From positions 269,289 through 333,288 of the forward strand of contig CAKUXV010000001.1 of the NCBI GenBank assembly GCA_934700895.1: a stretch of 64,000 bases of DNA, read 5' to 3'. Shown here piece after piece: positions 1 to 8,859 of this stretch. This stretch comes from an uncultured Bacilli bacterium. Its GTDB lineage: Bacteria; Bacillota_I; Bacilli_A; RFN20; CAG-826. A program made the translations under genes and the position numbers. Below the pieces are notes generated by a model, which did no database searches, had not been told where the DNA came from, and saw nothing but the letters and a program-made list of their open reading frames with translations. Every line of letters begins with the position of its first letter. Position 1 is the stretch's first letter.

Positions 1-2250
1 TTTGAGCGATGTTGTCAGGAAAGGACGGAGGTATATCACGCTCCGTTTGAAAAAGCTCTTCGCAAGTTATACGAAACTGCGGTATTTGGCGATGACCAAG
101 AATGGGTGGATTATTTGAAAAAGCACGATAACGCCTCCATTTCTACTCCACACGTTCGTTTTGAGAAGTTTCGTTTCGACGATCTGGCAGAAACGCGTAC
201 CGACCGGGTTTTCTTCCTTCGCGGCGATGAATTTTCTTCTCGTGGCCTAAACCGAAACGACCTTGTATTTGTTTACTTGACTCAAGGCGCGGAAGAACAT
301 GACCGACAAGGGGAAATCGCTTTGAGGCTAGATAAAACTACGCGCGATGAGATGGTTATCGAACAGGTTTTATTGCCGTATGAAAGCAATCATATCGATG
401 AACTTGCTTATCCATCCTTGACCCAATATCAATTGCTATTGGCTTCTAGGGAACAATTGCCACACGCTTTTGTTGGTTCGGCAGGAACGGGAAAGACGAT
501 TCTATCTTTGAAAGAAACCCTGGATTTAGGGGACGTCAATAAGCGAGTCCTCTATTTGACCTATCAAAAAGACCTCAAGAATTTTGCCGAGAAGAAACTA
601 GAAGAGCTCCACGCGAGAAATGTGGAGACCCATACCTGGAAAACGTTATGCCGGTCTCTCAATCTTCCTCAATCAGATTGTATGGACGACAAAAGCGATT
701 TCGAACGTTTCTTCCGTCTTTTGGAAGAGAGGAACAATCGTCTATATCGCCGTGTAGCCAACTGTTTTGAAGGCAGCAAAGAAGATGATTGCCTCGTTTG
801 CTATTCCTTTTTCCGAGGGGTGTTAGAAGGCTTAAGCACCGATGTTAATCCAACATCCGATATTCTTTCCTTGCCCGTTTTCCTTGAACGCACGAAGAAG
901 GAAGAAGGCTTTAGTTTAGAACAAAAACAAGCCATCTACGAAGTCGGAAAGGCCTATGAAAACCATTTAAAGACACAAAAGAGAACGACGGATAACCGCC
1001 TCGCCCATGAATTGCTTGACCACGTCAATGATCTTGAAGTATATGACGCCATAGTCATCGATGAATACCAAGATCTTTCGGAGATTCAATTTGAAGCCGT
1101 GTGTTCGCTGCTCAATCACGAATATCCATTGGATTTGCTTAACCTCTATTTATATGGGGATGACAACCAAGCCATCAATCCAACGATTTTCGACGTGAAG
1201 GATGCGAAACGCATCGTAAAGAAATGCTTTGGAAACCAAGCAAACCTTTATGTCTCGAACCTAAATGACAGCTATCGAAGCGGGCCGAACCTCGTTGGAT
1301 ACATTAATGAAGTCTCCAAAATTCGTAGAAAAGCCATTGGGGCTCGCAATGCGGAAGTCGATTCCATTCAAGAAGTCACAAAGCGCGAGGATGAGGAAGA
1401 CGTCTTCGTTTCCCTGATTCAAAACAAGGAGAGTTTCGAAAAGCTTTTAAATGCAGTTTCCATTTCCAATCGCGATTGCGTGTTCTTGTTTCCCGATGCA
1501 AGGATGCGAAACGACTATCAAAGAAAATACCAAAAAAGGTATCCGGAATTTGTGGAACATTCATTCCTAAGCGTTGGGAATGCCAAAGGAAGAGAATGGG
1601 ATTCCTGTGTTCTTGTTGATTTCTTTTCCTCTTCAAAAAAGACTTTTGAATCCATGCTTGGAGAAGAAAGAAAAGGGAAGCACAGCACCTTGCATCGCAT
1701 GCTATTCAATCGGTACTACGTTGCCTTAACTAGAGCCAAGAATCGAATTGTGATTTTCGAATCGAACGCACATGGAATTATCGAAGAAGAATTGCTTGCA
1801 GGATTACGGAAACTCCAGTCTGAAAAAGAAGTGCTTTCCTACTTCAAAGGAACCATTGACCCAAGCCATTGGATGGAAGAAGGGGACAACCGTTTTAATC
1901 GAGACGAATTCGAAGATGCCATTCGGGCTTATTCTCGAGCTGGTGATTTCCAAGATGCAAAATCAAAAATCCAAATTTGCCGTCAATTCCTTTTGGCGTC
2001 TGAAAATGCGCTCCCTTATCCAGAAACGGTTCGGCTATATTTGAACCATACTAAATTACACTTGCTAGGAAACTACTATCAAGAACATGGGGAAGAAGAA
2101 AAGAAACAATTCCTTCGCTCCTTATTCACGGACCCTCCCGATCCGGCAATACTTTCTCAAGACTATATAACTTTGCTTCCAACCTTTACGGAAGCGGAGA
2201 AAAAATTCTATTTTTCCCGATTGCTAAAAGATTATAAATTGACATTATAA
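1..2250 (+). CDS. UvrD-like superfamily-1 DNA helicase with a C-terminal helical/TPR-like region. The 5' end is partial: the reading frame is open to position 1 and the listed ORF start at 106 is only the first in-frame GTG.
   Basis: Walker A GSAGTGKT, motif II DEYQDLS, motif III LYGDDNQAI, motif VI YVALTRAKNRIVIF. I translated positions 1-105 in the same frame and found no stop codon. Confidence 0.7.
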   Translation, partial: FERCCQERTEVYHAPFEKALRKLYETAVFGDDQEWVDYLKKHDNASISTPHVRFEKFRFDDLAETRTDRVFFLRGDEFSSRGLNRNDLVFVYLTQGAEEHDRQGEIALRLDKTTRDEMVIEQVLLPYESNHIDELAYPSLTQYQLLLASREQLPHAFVGSAGTGKTILSLKETLDLGDVNKRVLYLTYQKDLKNFAEKKLEELHARNVETHTWKTLCRSLNLPQSDCMDDKSDFERFFRLLEERNNRLYRRVANCFEGSKEDDCLVCYSFFRGVLEGLSTDVNPTSDILSLPVFLERTKKEEGFSLEQKQAIYEVGKAYENHLKTQKRTTDNRLAHELLDHVNDLEVYDAIVIDEYQDLSEIQFEAVCSLLNHEYPLDLLNLYLYGDDNQAINPTIFDVKDAKRIVKKCFGNQANLYVSNLNDSYRSGPNLVGYINEVSKIRRKAIGARNAEVDSIQEVTKREDEEDVFVSLIQNKESFEKLLNAVSISNRDCVFLFPDARMRNDYQRKYQKRYPEFVEHSFLSVGNAKGREWDSCVLVDFFSSSKKTFESMLGEERKGKHSTLHRMLFNRYYVALTRAKNRIVIFESNAHGIIEEELLAGLRKLQSEKEVLSYFKGTIDPSHWMEEGDNRFNRDEFEDAIRAYSRAGDFQDAKSKIQICRQFLLASENALPYPETVRLYLNHTKLHLLGNYYQEHGEEEKKQFLRSLFTDPPDPAILSQDYITLLPTFTEAEKKFYFSRLLKDYKLTL

Positions 2251-2266
2251 TAGGAGTAAATTTATT

Positions 2267-2725
2267 ATGAATGAAGTAGAAAAGAAAGAACCAATTAACG
2301 ATCTTAAAAAAGACTATGTTGATCGTGTCTTTTCCAAGGCTGTTGAAGGACTTGAAACATTAAGCGAATCCTATCAAAACATTTCCCAAATGGAGACAGA
2401 ACTTGTTACTAGAATTGAAAGGGTAGAGACTGCGTCATCTTCCATCCAGTCTCAAATTGAATCTCTAGGAAACGACGTAACTCGTTTTGAAAACGTGGTT
2501 TCGGAATTTCAAAAAACGCTTTCAAAGATTGAAGACCTTTCATCTAGTCTTAACAAAATCTTGGAAAAATTGTCGGTGGCCGATTTGCACGATTTAAGCA
2601 ATAAAATTGATGAGACAAAAGAAGCATTTGAACGCGAGGAAAAGAAAAACCGCAAAAACGAAGATAAAGTTGCAAAACCTGCTTCGAACTTCGGCAAAAA
2701 CCTAATTAAAAAGAAAAGAAGATAA
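2267..2725 (+). CDS. Hypothetical coiled-coil protein with a K/R-rich C-terminal tail.
   Basis: AGGAG ribosome-binding site 8 nt upstream. Heptad-like, E/K/L/S-rich sequence. No recognisable catalytic motif. Confidence 0.5.
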   Translation: MNEVEKKEPINDLKKDYVDRVFSKAVEGLETLSESYQNISQMETELVTRIERVETASSSIQSQIESLGNDVTRFENVVSEFQKTLSKIEDLSSSLNKILEKLSVADLHDLSNKIDETKEAFEREEKKNRKNEDKVAKPASNFGKNLIKKKRR

Positions 2726-2742
2726 TTGCAAAACCCCTATTT

Positions 2743-3684
2743 ATGACTAGAGATCCAGCTGTAGTTTCATACACCATGTCCCATATCCGTTCTAAGAACA
2801 CCGGAATAGAAAAAACTTTGCGCAAAGCCCTGACGGAAAAAGGGGTTCGATATCGTTTGTATTCTTCCAAGGTATTTGGTCATCCCGATATTGTTTTGCA
2901 GCGTTATCGTATTGCTATTTTTTGTGATTCTGAATTTTGGCATGGTTTTCACTTTGCGGAAAATAAAGCGAAGATCAAAACCAATACCTCATATTGGATT
3001 CCAAAGATAGAACGGAACATTGTCCGTGACCAAGAGGTGAACAAAGAGCTTCAAAGACAAGGCTATGAGATTTTGAGGTTCTGGGGGAATGAGATCGAAA
3101 AATCCCTGGATGAGGTCGTAGATAAAATCCTATTGGTTATTGAGAAAAGGAAATGGGTATATAACCAGATTCAATCCATTCATGAATTGACAACATTGGT
3201 ATATATAGAAAAAGAAGACTCGTATCTCATGCTTCATCGAGTAAAGAAAAAACATGATTTAAATCAGGGAAAATGGATTGGAGTAGGGGGCCATATTGAA
3301 AAAGGTGAAACAATACTAGATTGTGTTAAACGCGAGGTTAAAGAGGAAACTAGTTTAAATTTAACCAAGGCTAAATATTTGGGCAAAATCCATTTTTTAA
3401 ACGACGCATACCCGCCGGAAGTGATGTATTTGTATAAGGGGTTATCCTTTGAAGGAAATCTGACTGATTGCAATGAGGGCGATCTTCAATGGGTTAAGAA
3501 AAAAGATATTTTGAATTTGGAATTATGGGAAGGCGACCGTGTATTTTTGCCTTTGCTTGATTCGGATTTATCTGCTCCATTTACCTTGGATCTTGTTTAT
3601 AAAAATGGGAAACTTGCGGATGTAATAGGTCCATATTTCCCACCAAAAAATAAGAAGAAAACAAAGGCTAAAAAAGCCAATTAG
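2743..3684 (+). CDS. Fusion protein: N-terminal Vsr-like (very-short-patch-repair type) endonuclease domain and C-terminal NUDIX (MutT-like) hydrolase domain.
   Basis: N-terminus HIRSKNTGIEKTLRKAL...PDIVLQRYRIAIFCDSEFWHGF resembles the Vsr core. C-terminus has a Nudix box GGHIEKGETILDCVKREVKEETSL. Confidence 0.7.
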   Translation: MTRDPAVVSYTMSHIRSKNTGIEKTLRKALTEKGVRYRLYSSKVFGHPDIVLQRYRIAIFCDSEFWHGFHFAENKAKIKTNTSYWIPKIERNIVRDQEVNKELQRQGYEILRFWGNEIEKSLDEVVDKILLVIEKRKWVYNQIQSIHELTTLVYIEKEDSYLMLHRVKKKHDLNQGKWIGVGGHIEKGETILDCVKREVKEETSLNLTKAKYLGKIHFLNDAYPPEVMYLYKGLSFEGNLTDCNEGDLQWVKKKDILNLELWEGDRVFLPLLDSDLSAPFTLDLVYKNGKLADVIGPYFPPKNKKKTKAKKAN

Positions 3685-5069
3685 CGGAAGCGATATTTCC
3701 CTTTCCCTTTCCCTTTTATAGCCTTAATTTTTTTGCTGCTGCACAACTTTTTAACAATGGAAGTTGCGGTTGCCGGAGAGACTTGAGTTGCCTCCAAAAT
3801 TTCGGTTCGACCAAATACCTCATCTTTGTTTTTAACATAGAAGTCGCCTAGCGAGTCAGCAATTTCATCTTTAAAGAATGGGCGGATCGAATCTGCAAAT
3901 GCTTTAGATTCTTTGCTACGTTCTTTCTTTTCAATTGATCTTTGCAAACTCTTTTGCTCTTTGAAGGAAATACGAGCTTTTGTTACTTGGGTTTCCGTTT
4001 CTTCATGATATTCTGCAGCGGGTAGTTTCCTTTCACATAACGTTGTTTGAACGAACTCTAAGCCTTTTAGTGATCCCTTGCCGATTAAGAAAAAGTATTT
4101 TTCAATCAGAGGGTGTCTAGGATACGACTTCCCATTTTGCGCCCCGTAGCCCATTAAACCAGGGTTGGTTATTTCGTAATAGTCTTGTGAAACGGTCGTT
4201 AGCAAAGGTGACTTGGATCCGAAATCCATATTTTCCAAAGCGTTGATTAGCGTCTCTTCGAATACTTCGCAACTTTTTTGTTCTTTTAGGGCTGGAAGGG
4301 TGGACTCCGCAATTTTACTAACGAACTCAAAATAGGAAAAAAGCCCGCCTTCAAAGCTAGAATCGCCGGAAATAAACTCATTTAAGCCCTCGTATTTGCG
4401 ATTGAGAAGTCGTATTGCAAGAGAATGCCATGGATAGACGCTTGTAATCGAGCTATCGCTTCCAAACATCAAAAGTCCAGATTTCGTCGGATGAATTTGG
4501 CCATTAATCTCTTTTGCAGCTCTAATTTTTTGCAAGAAAACTGTATCCTTATCAAGAACCCATTGATTATGAAATTCATGGAAACTCTTCCGGTACTTTT
4601 TAAAGGAATCCGTCAATAATGCTGTGGCATCCAGAGATAAGATTGCCTTTGTATCTGAAGCAAATCCATCCGCGTTTTCTTCCATGGATTCGATAGCAGA
4701 TTCGCTGCAAATTTGGTTTCCAGTTTCCGTTCTTAGGAAGGCTCTGTTTCGATAAAAGATTGGTTTTTGTTCTGGCTTAGCTTCCGGAATGATTAACGTT
4801 AATCCGAGCTTCCCGGAGTCTTTTTCGTAAATGAAATTTTCTTGCGATAGAATATTTCTATTTATCTTTTGAGCATCGTTAAGAATATTTTGAATTTGAT
4901 CAACGATTTCATCAACATTTTTTAGCCCTTGGAACTTTTTACATCCTTCAATGACTTTATATCCGAATGTCAAAGTTCCACCATGTGAATTTGCAAGGGC
5001 AGAATACGTCTCACAAAACAATGGTTCCCATCGGAATTCTGTATCGATAAATACAATATTTTCTTCCAT
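3681..5069 (-). CDS. Putative DNA-binding regulator of the COG2865 type: N-terminal AlbA_2/Schlafen-like domain, central ATPase-like region, C-terminal winged HTH.
   Basis: N-terminal ...ALANSHGGTLTFGY... matches the AlbA_2 signature. The C-terminus is basic and HTH-like. It has the same architecture as the degraded copy at 25682-26993. Confidence 0.6.
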   Translation of the reverse strand: MEENIVFIDTEFRWEPLFCETYSALANSHGGTLTFGYKVIEGCKKFQGLKNVDEIVDQIQNILNDAQKINRNILSQENFIYEKDSGKLGLTLIIPEAKPEQKPIFYRNRAFLRTETGNQICSESAIESMEENADGFASDTKAILSLDATALLTDSFKKYRKSFHEFHNQWVLDKDTVFLQKIRAAKEINGQIHPTKSGLLMFGSDSSITSVYPWHSLAIRLLNRKYEGLNEFISGDSSFEGGLFSYFEFVSKIAESTLPALKEQKSCEVFEETLINALENMDFGSKSPLLTTVSQDYYEITNPGLMGYGAQNGKSYPRHPLIEKYFFLIGKGSLKGLEFVQTTLCERKLPAAEYHEETETQVTKARISFKEQKSLQRSIEKKERSKESKAFADSIRPFFKDEIADSLGDFYVKNKDEVFGRTEILEATQVSPATATSIVKKLCSSKKIKAIKGKGKGKYRFR

Positions 5070-5237
5070 TTTCCTTTCCCGTTTCCTTCCATTGAAAATT
5101 TAGTTTTTCTGGTACTTAAAGTATAAGAAAATATAGATTAAAGTTCAACCCAATGTATGACTATGAATGTATAAAAAACAAAAGTTATTTTCTTCTAAGG
5201 ATTCTTGGGCTGCTGTGCCGTATACTTATGAGGTCTT

Positions 5238-5837
5238 ATGGATAACAAAATTAAAATTGATCCCAAGGAATTGGAAGAACTTGCCACGGCGTATGGCTTG
5301 CTTACACGTTGCATCGAAAAAGAGCACTTATTAGAACTTAATAATCCTGAAAAAGAGAAGCGAGTTTCCATTTTATATGTGACGGTTTTCATGCTTTCCA
5401 AACAGCTAGATGGCCCTTCTTGGCAGTCTGCTGTTTTGTCCTGTATGGATGTTCTGGCAAAACGGAAACTCAGACTCCAAAACGGTCGTGAAATTTCCTT
5501 CCCTGAATGGGACCCTTACGATTCGGCGCATTTGGGGTGTTACCCCATTTGCGATGCCGTCATAAACCTTTACGCCTGGAACCGCGCCGCGACCTGCCCC
5601 GACTTCCCTCCGGAAGATTATTTTGGCCCTATTTTTTCTTTGGCTGGATATGTTTTAGATGGCGTTAACCGCGGGTACTATGTCACGGATGATGCCATGA
5701 AGGAGTTGGAGAAGGGTTACCTTGGCCGCGTCTACGCTCAACTAGGCCACCCCGAAAAAGGCCGTTTCATGCTTCAAAAGCAATTGGAAGCATTATCTTC
5801 CATGATGGATCAATTCGTCGCTTCCCCGCAGGCTTAG
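5238..5837 (+). CDS. Hypothetical cytoplasmic protein.
   Basis: ORF with a GAGG ribosome-binding site. No recognisable motif. Confidence 0.45.
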   Translation: MDNKIKIDPKELEELATAYGLLTRCIEKEHLLELNNPEKEKRVSILYVTVFMLSKQLDGPSWQSAVLSCMDVLAKRKLRLQNGREISFPEWDPYDSAHLGCYPICDAVINLYAWNRAATCPDFPPEDYFGPIFSLAGYVLDGVNRGYYVTDDAMKELEKGYLGRVYAQLGHPEKGRFMLQKQLEALSSMMDQFVASPQA

Positions 5838-5909
5838 CGCGTTTTATAAAAGAAAATTAAAATGGGGCGACTTTGCAGGTCGTCCCATATTTTGTTTAGG
5901 ATTTGTTTT

Positions 5910-7241
5910 TTAGTCCAATTGGGCCCAGAAGGTATTGAAGGGCGGGACCTCGATCGTCTCGGCCTTGCGGTATTTCTCTACCAATTCCGGATTGACGTAT
6001 TTGGACGGAACATAGATTTCATAAACGTATTCGTTAAACCAAGCCGCGTCCATGATGTAGAAGCCTTTTTTGCCATTTTCGGTGCCCCAGGTATTTTCGA
6101 CTTTGTAACGATTGGGCTTTTCGTTTTCGTCAAGATTGACTCCAACGAAGGTCATCGCGTGAGAAACGCAGGCGGCACGATAATCCAATTTCTCGCCTTT
6201 GCTTAATTGAGGATGGGTTTGGAACAAATCATCCGGGCAGAAAATGTCTTTTACGAGATATCCTTTCTTGCGGAGCGATTCTTGGCAGACCTCGGCAGCG
6301 AACCACACGGGCTTTTTGTCTTTCAAGGCGGCGATTAAGGCAGCTTTCAATTCGTCAAGTTTGACATTAAAGAAACTGACTTCAGCGCCTTCCACGACGT
6401 TATTGACCAAATTGCAGCCGTATTTCACGTAGGGCTTGTAGTCTTGAATGGGCGCATGGCATAAGCAAACATAATCGTCTAAGTCTTCCTGAATATAGGT
6501 GGAGAAGAACTCCTGAGGCGTGCAGGCGGGTAAACGCTTGAAGTGATTGTCCTTGTCCGTATATTCGAAGGCGAATGACTTGGGCGGGACGCCGATAGAA
6601 GCGATGAGAATTCGGTGGATTTCCCCTAGCATTTTTTCCTTCATCTCGCGCAACTTATCCATGCCGAGGTTTTTGTTTTCGCGGAGGATTTTAAGATCGC
6701 TGGCAAGGATGAAGTGAAGGTAACGATTGAGTTCCGTCGTATCTTGGGAAACCGCCCCGTCTTCCATCAAGGAAGAAGGGATGACGCCGTATTTATGGAC
6801 CAAGTTCACGAACATCGTCCAATGTCCGCCGTCTTCAATCGCGCTATCGAGGAGGAAGCAAACTTCGCGGTCGTCTAGAGGCTTATCCAAACGTTCCAAA
6901 TTCTTTTCCAAGAAGAAGTTGGCTTTTTCGAGCTTATCGTAGAATTGAAGATACGCTTGGCTGAGCTCAATGTTTTTTACGCCGAATTTTTCAAATAAGA
7001 TGGTGCGAATGACGTTGAGGCCCGCAAACATCCAGCAACGTCCGGAGTGGCGTTGGTTCGTGATTTCGCCCGCATCGACTTCGATGGAGAAAACGTTCGG
7101 GTTTTCAGCGATTTTGGTGTCGTTGATGCAGCTGGCGACGATCCCGTTTTCGCGAATCGTACGCCGAGCAACGCGCAAAGAGGGGTCTTCTAAGTCTTTT
7201 TCAAAGTTTTGAAGGTCTAAGGGAGTAATAGAAGTGTTCAT
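5910..7241 (-). CDS. pepC: Aminopeptidase C (bleomycin-hydrolase family, peptidase C1B).
   Basis: Active-site region QRHSGRCWMFAGLNVIR. Length and N-terminus are typical of PepC. Confidence 0.85.
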   Translation of the reverse strand: MNTSITPLDLQNFEKDLEDPSLRVARRTIRENGIVASCINDTKIAENPNVFSIEVDAGEITNQRHSGRCWMFAGLNVIRTILFEKFGVKNIELSQAYLQFYDKLEKANFFLEKNLERLDKPLDDREVCFLLDSAIEDGGHWTMFVNLVHKYGVIPSSLMEDGAVSQDTTELNRYLHFILASDLKILRENKNLGMDKLREMKEKMLGEIHRILIASIGVPPKSFAFEYTDKDNHFKRLPACTPQEFFSTYIQEDLDDYVCLCHAPIQDYKPYVKYGCNLVNNVVEGAEVSFFNVKLDELKAALIAALKDKKPVWFAAEVCQESLRKKGYLVKDIFCPDDLFQTHPQLSKGEKLDYRAACVSHAMTFVGVNLDENEKPNRYKVENTWGTENGKKGFYIMDAAWFNEYVYEIYVPSKYVNPELVEKYRKAETIEVPPFNTFWAQLD

Positions 7242-7381
7242 AAATGTTAAGTAGCCTTTCTTAAGTCCAACTAGGAATTATTGAGTGCCCACAAAAAAAG
7301 GCAAGCCATTTCGTCTTTTTGAAGACTAAAAAGAAAGGAAATCATCTTTCTTTTTTTGGGATTTCGTGTAACCTTTTAGCG

Positions 7382-8800
7382 ATGAAAGAAACGACTTCTT
7401 CGCCCTTGCCTTTGCTCCTAGGGTCTTTAACTTTGCTATTAGGCTCTTGCCGAATCAATCGGATTGACGGTTCTTCCGTATCCTTGCCCTCAACCTCTAG
7501 TTCCAGCCCCATCGGAGAGGAACAACCAACCCGTTGGGCTAAAATTCTTTTCGGAGCAGAAGCCCATACTTCCGTCGTCCCGATTCGGGCGGATGTTATC
7601 CAAACTTCCGAAATCCGCGTGGCTTCGATCGATGGGAGCCACAAATGCACCGGGGAATCGGGTCAAGCCCTCAAAATGGGCTCTGCCTCCGAGGCTGGCA
7701 CCCTTCAAATCGAGCTCTCGTCCTCGCTAAAGTGGTCTTCTGTTCGAGTTTTGGCCTTCCCCTATGAAGGAGAAGAACCCTGCAAATTAACGTTCAACCT
7801 TCGAGGCGAAGACTATACCTTGTCTTCCCGCTGCGCGGATTCGGAAGCGGCAAAAAAAGCCCTGAATCACCATGAGGACCTTTCTTGTTGGAGCGATGTC
7901 ACGGGGTTATACGGGAATGCCAATTCCTTTAGCTTAACGAGTCAAACCCGCGTTTACGTCGCGGGAATCGCCATCGAATTCATTGGTGGGACTAAGGAAG
8001 ATGGCACCGTTTCCAGTGATTCTTCTAATAGCAACTTCACTTCCAACAATACTTCCGCCAGTGAATCCACCTCCTCCGAGGATACGATTCCGGAAGAACC
8101 CTATACTCCCAGCGAACACCGAGACGAATGGGAAGTCTGGGCGAATGGGTATTACACCAATTATATTGATTTCTCCGCTTCGACGACCTTCCGTCTTTCT
8201 GCGACGGAATCCGAAGACGGTTTGACCGCGACCTGCTATTTCTATTCGGAAGAAAGAGAGCGTTTCGTGATTGGAGAAACTCTCCGCAAAGACGGTGTTT
8301 ATACGAATTCTAGCGAAGTCGCCCTTTATTACAACGCCTTCCGTGATTTGCCCAAGAATTATGGGTATTACACGAAGAAAAATACGAATGCCGTGATGAA
8401 GGAGCTTTACCCTCTCTACGGAGATTCCAGCCGCCTATATACGGACTATAGCAGGACCAATGGCTACGCCACCGTTCAGCCCGCTCTTAATATGCCGTCT
8501 GGATTTAAATATTACGAATTAGACCTCGCTTATGAGCCCAATAACGGCTATGCCTCCGCGGAAAAAGTCGATCGTTCTAGCGCTGGCAGAATCGTCATCT
8601 TCCCCTTTGGGACGAAGAATTATGGCGACGAACCTTATATCGTTAAAACCATCGACCATTACGCCCATTTCCGCGAATTCGCTAATTACTTGGACGGCTG
8701 GGGCGCCAATTACGATGGAGCCTCTAGCGATCTCGGCGATGGCAAAGTTTTGGGAGACTATTCCAAAGTCGGCCCCCTCGAAACGAGAACCGTCCGATAA
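7382..8800 (+). CDS. Exported lipoprotein with a Ser-rich linker and a C-terminal barnase-like (microbial RNase N1/T1/barnase family) ribonuclease domain. A TTG start at 7319 is an alternative.
   Basis: Signal peptide with lipobox LLGSC. The C-terminus aligns to the barnase catalytic region: YYELDL~WREADI, DRSSAGRIVIF~FRNSDRILY, KTIDHYAHF~KTTDHYQTF. Confidence 0.6.
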   Translation: MKETTSSPLPLLLGSLTLLLGSCRINRIDGSSVSLPSTSSSSPIGEEQPTRWAKILFGAEAHTSVVPIRADVIQTSEIRVASIDGSHKCTGESGQALKMGSASEAGTLQIELSSSLKWSSVRVLAFPYEGEEPCKLTFNLRGEDYTLSSRCADSEAAKKALNHHEDLSCWSDVTGLYGNANSFSLTSQTRVYVAGIAIEFIGGTKEDGTVSSDSSNSNFTSNNTSASESTSSEDTIPEEPYTPSEHRDEWEVWANGYYTNYIDFSASTTFRLSATESEDGLTATCYFYSEERERFVIGETLRKDGVYTNSSEVALYYNAFRDLPKNYGYYTKKNTNAVMKELYPLYGDSSRLYTDYSRTNGYATVQPALNMPSGFKYYELDLAYEPNNGYASAEKVDRSSAGRIVIFPFGTKNYGDEPYIVKTIDHYAHFREFANYLDGWGANYDGASSDLGDGKVLGDYSKVGPLETRTVR

Positions 8801-8859
8801 GTTTCATTAACTTTTATTCCCTATCGTGTATAATCCCTCTTGCTTCAGGAGGGATTTTT

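Noticed and set aside
7319-7381. TTG-initiated N-terminal extension of the RNase lipoprotein (MKTKKKGNHLSFFGISCNLLA)
   Set aside because: It would give a 43-aa signal peptide. The ATG at 7382 yields a conventional lipoprotein signal. The TTG start cannot be excluded and is noted in the feature.
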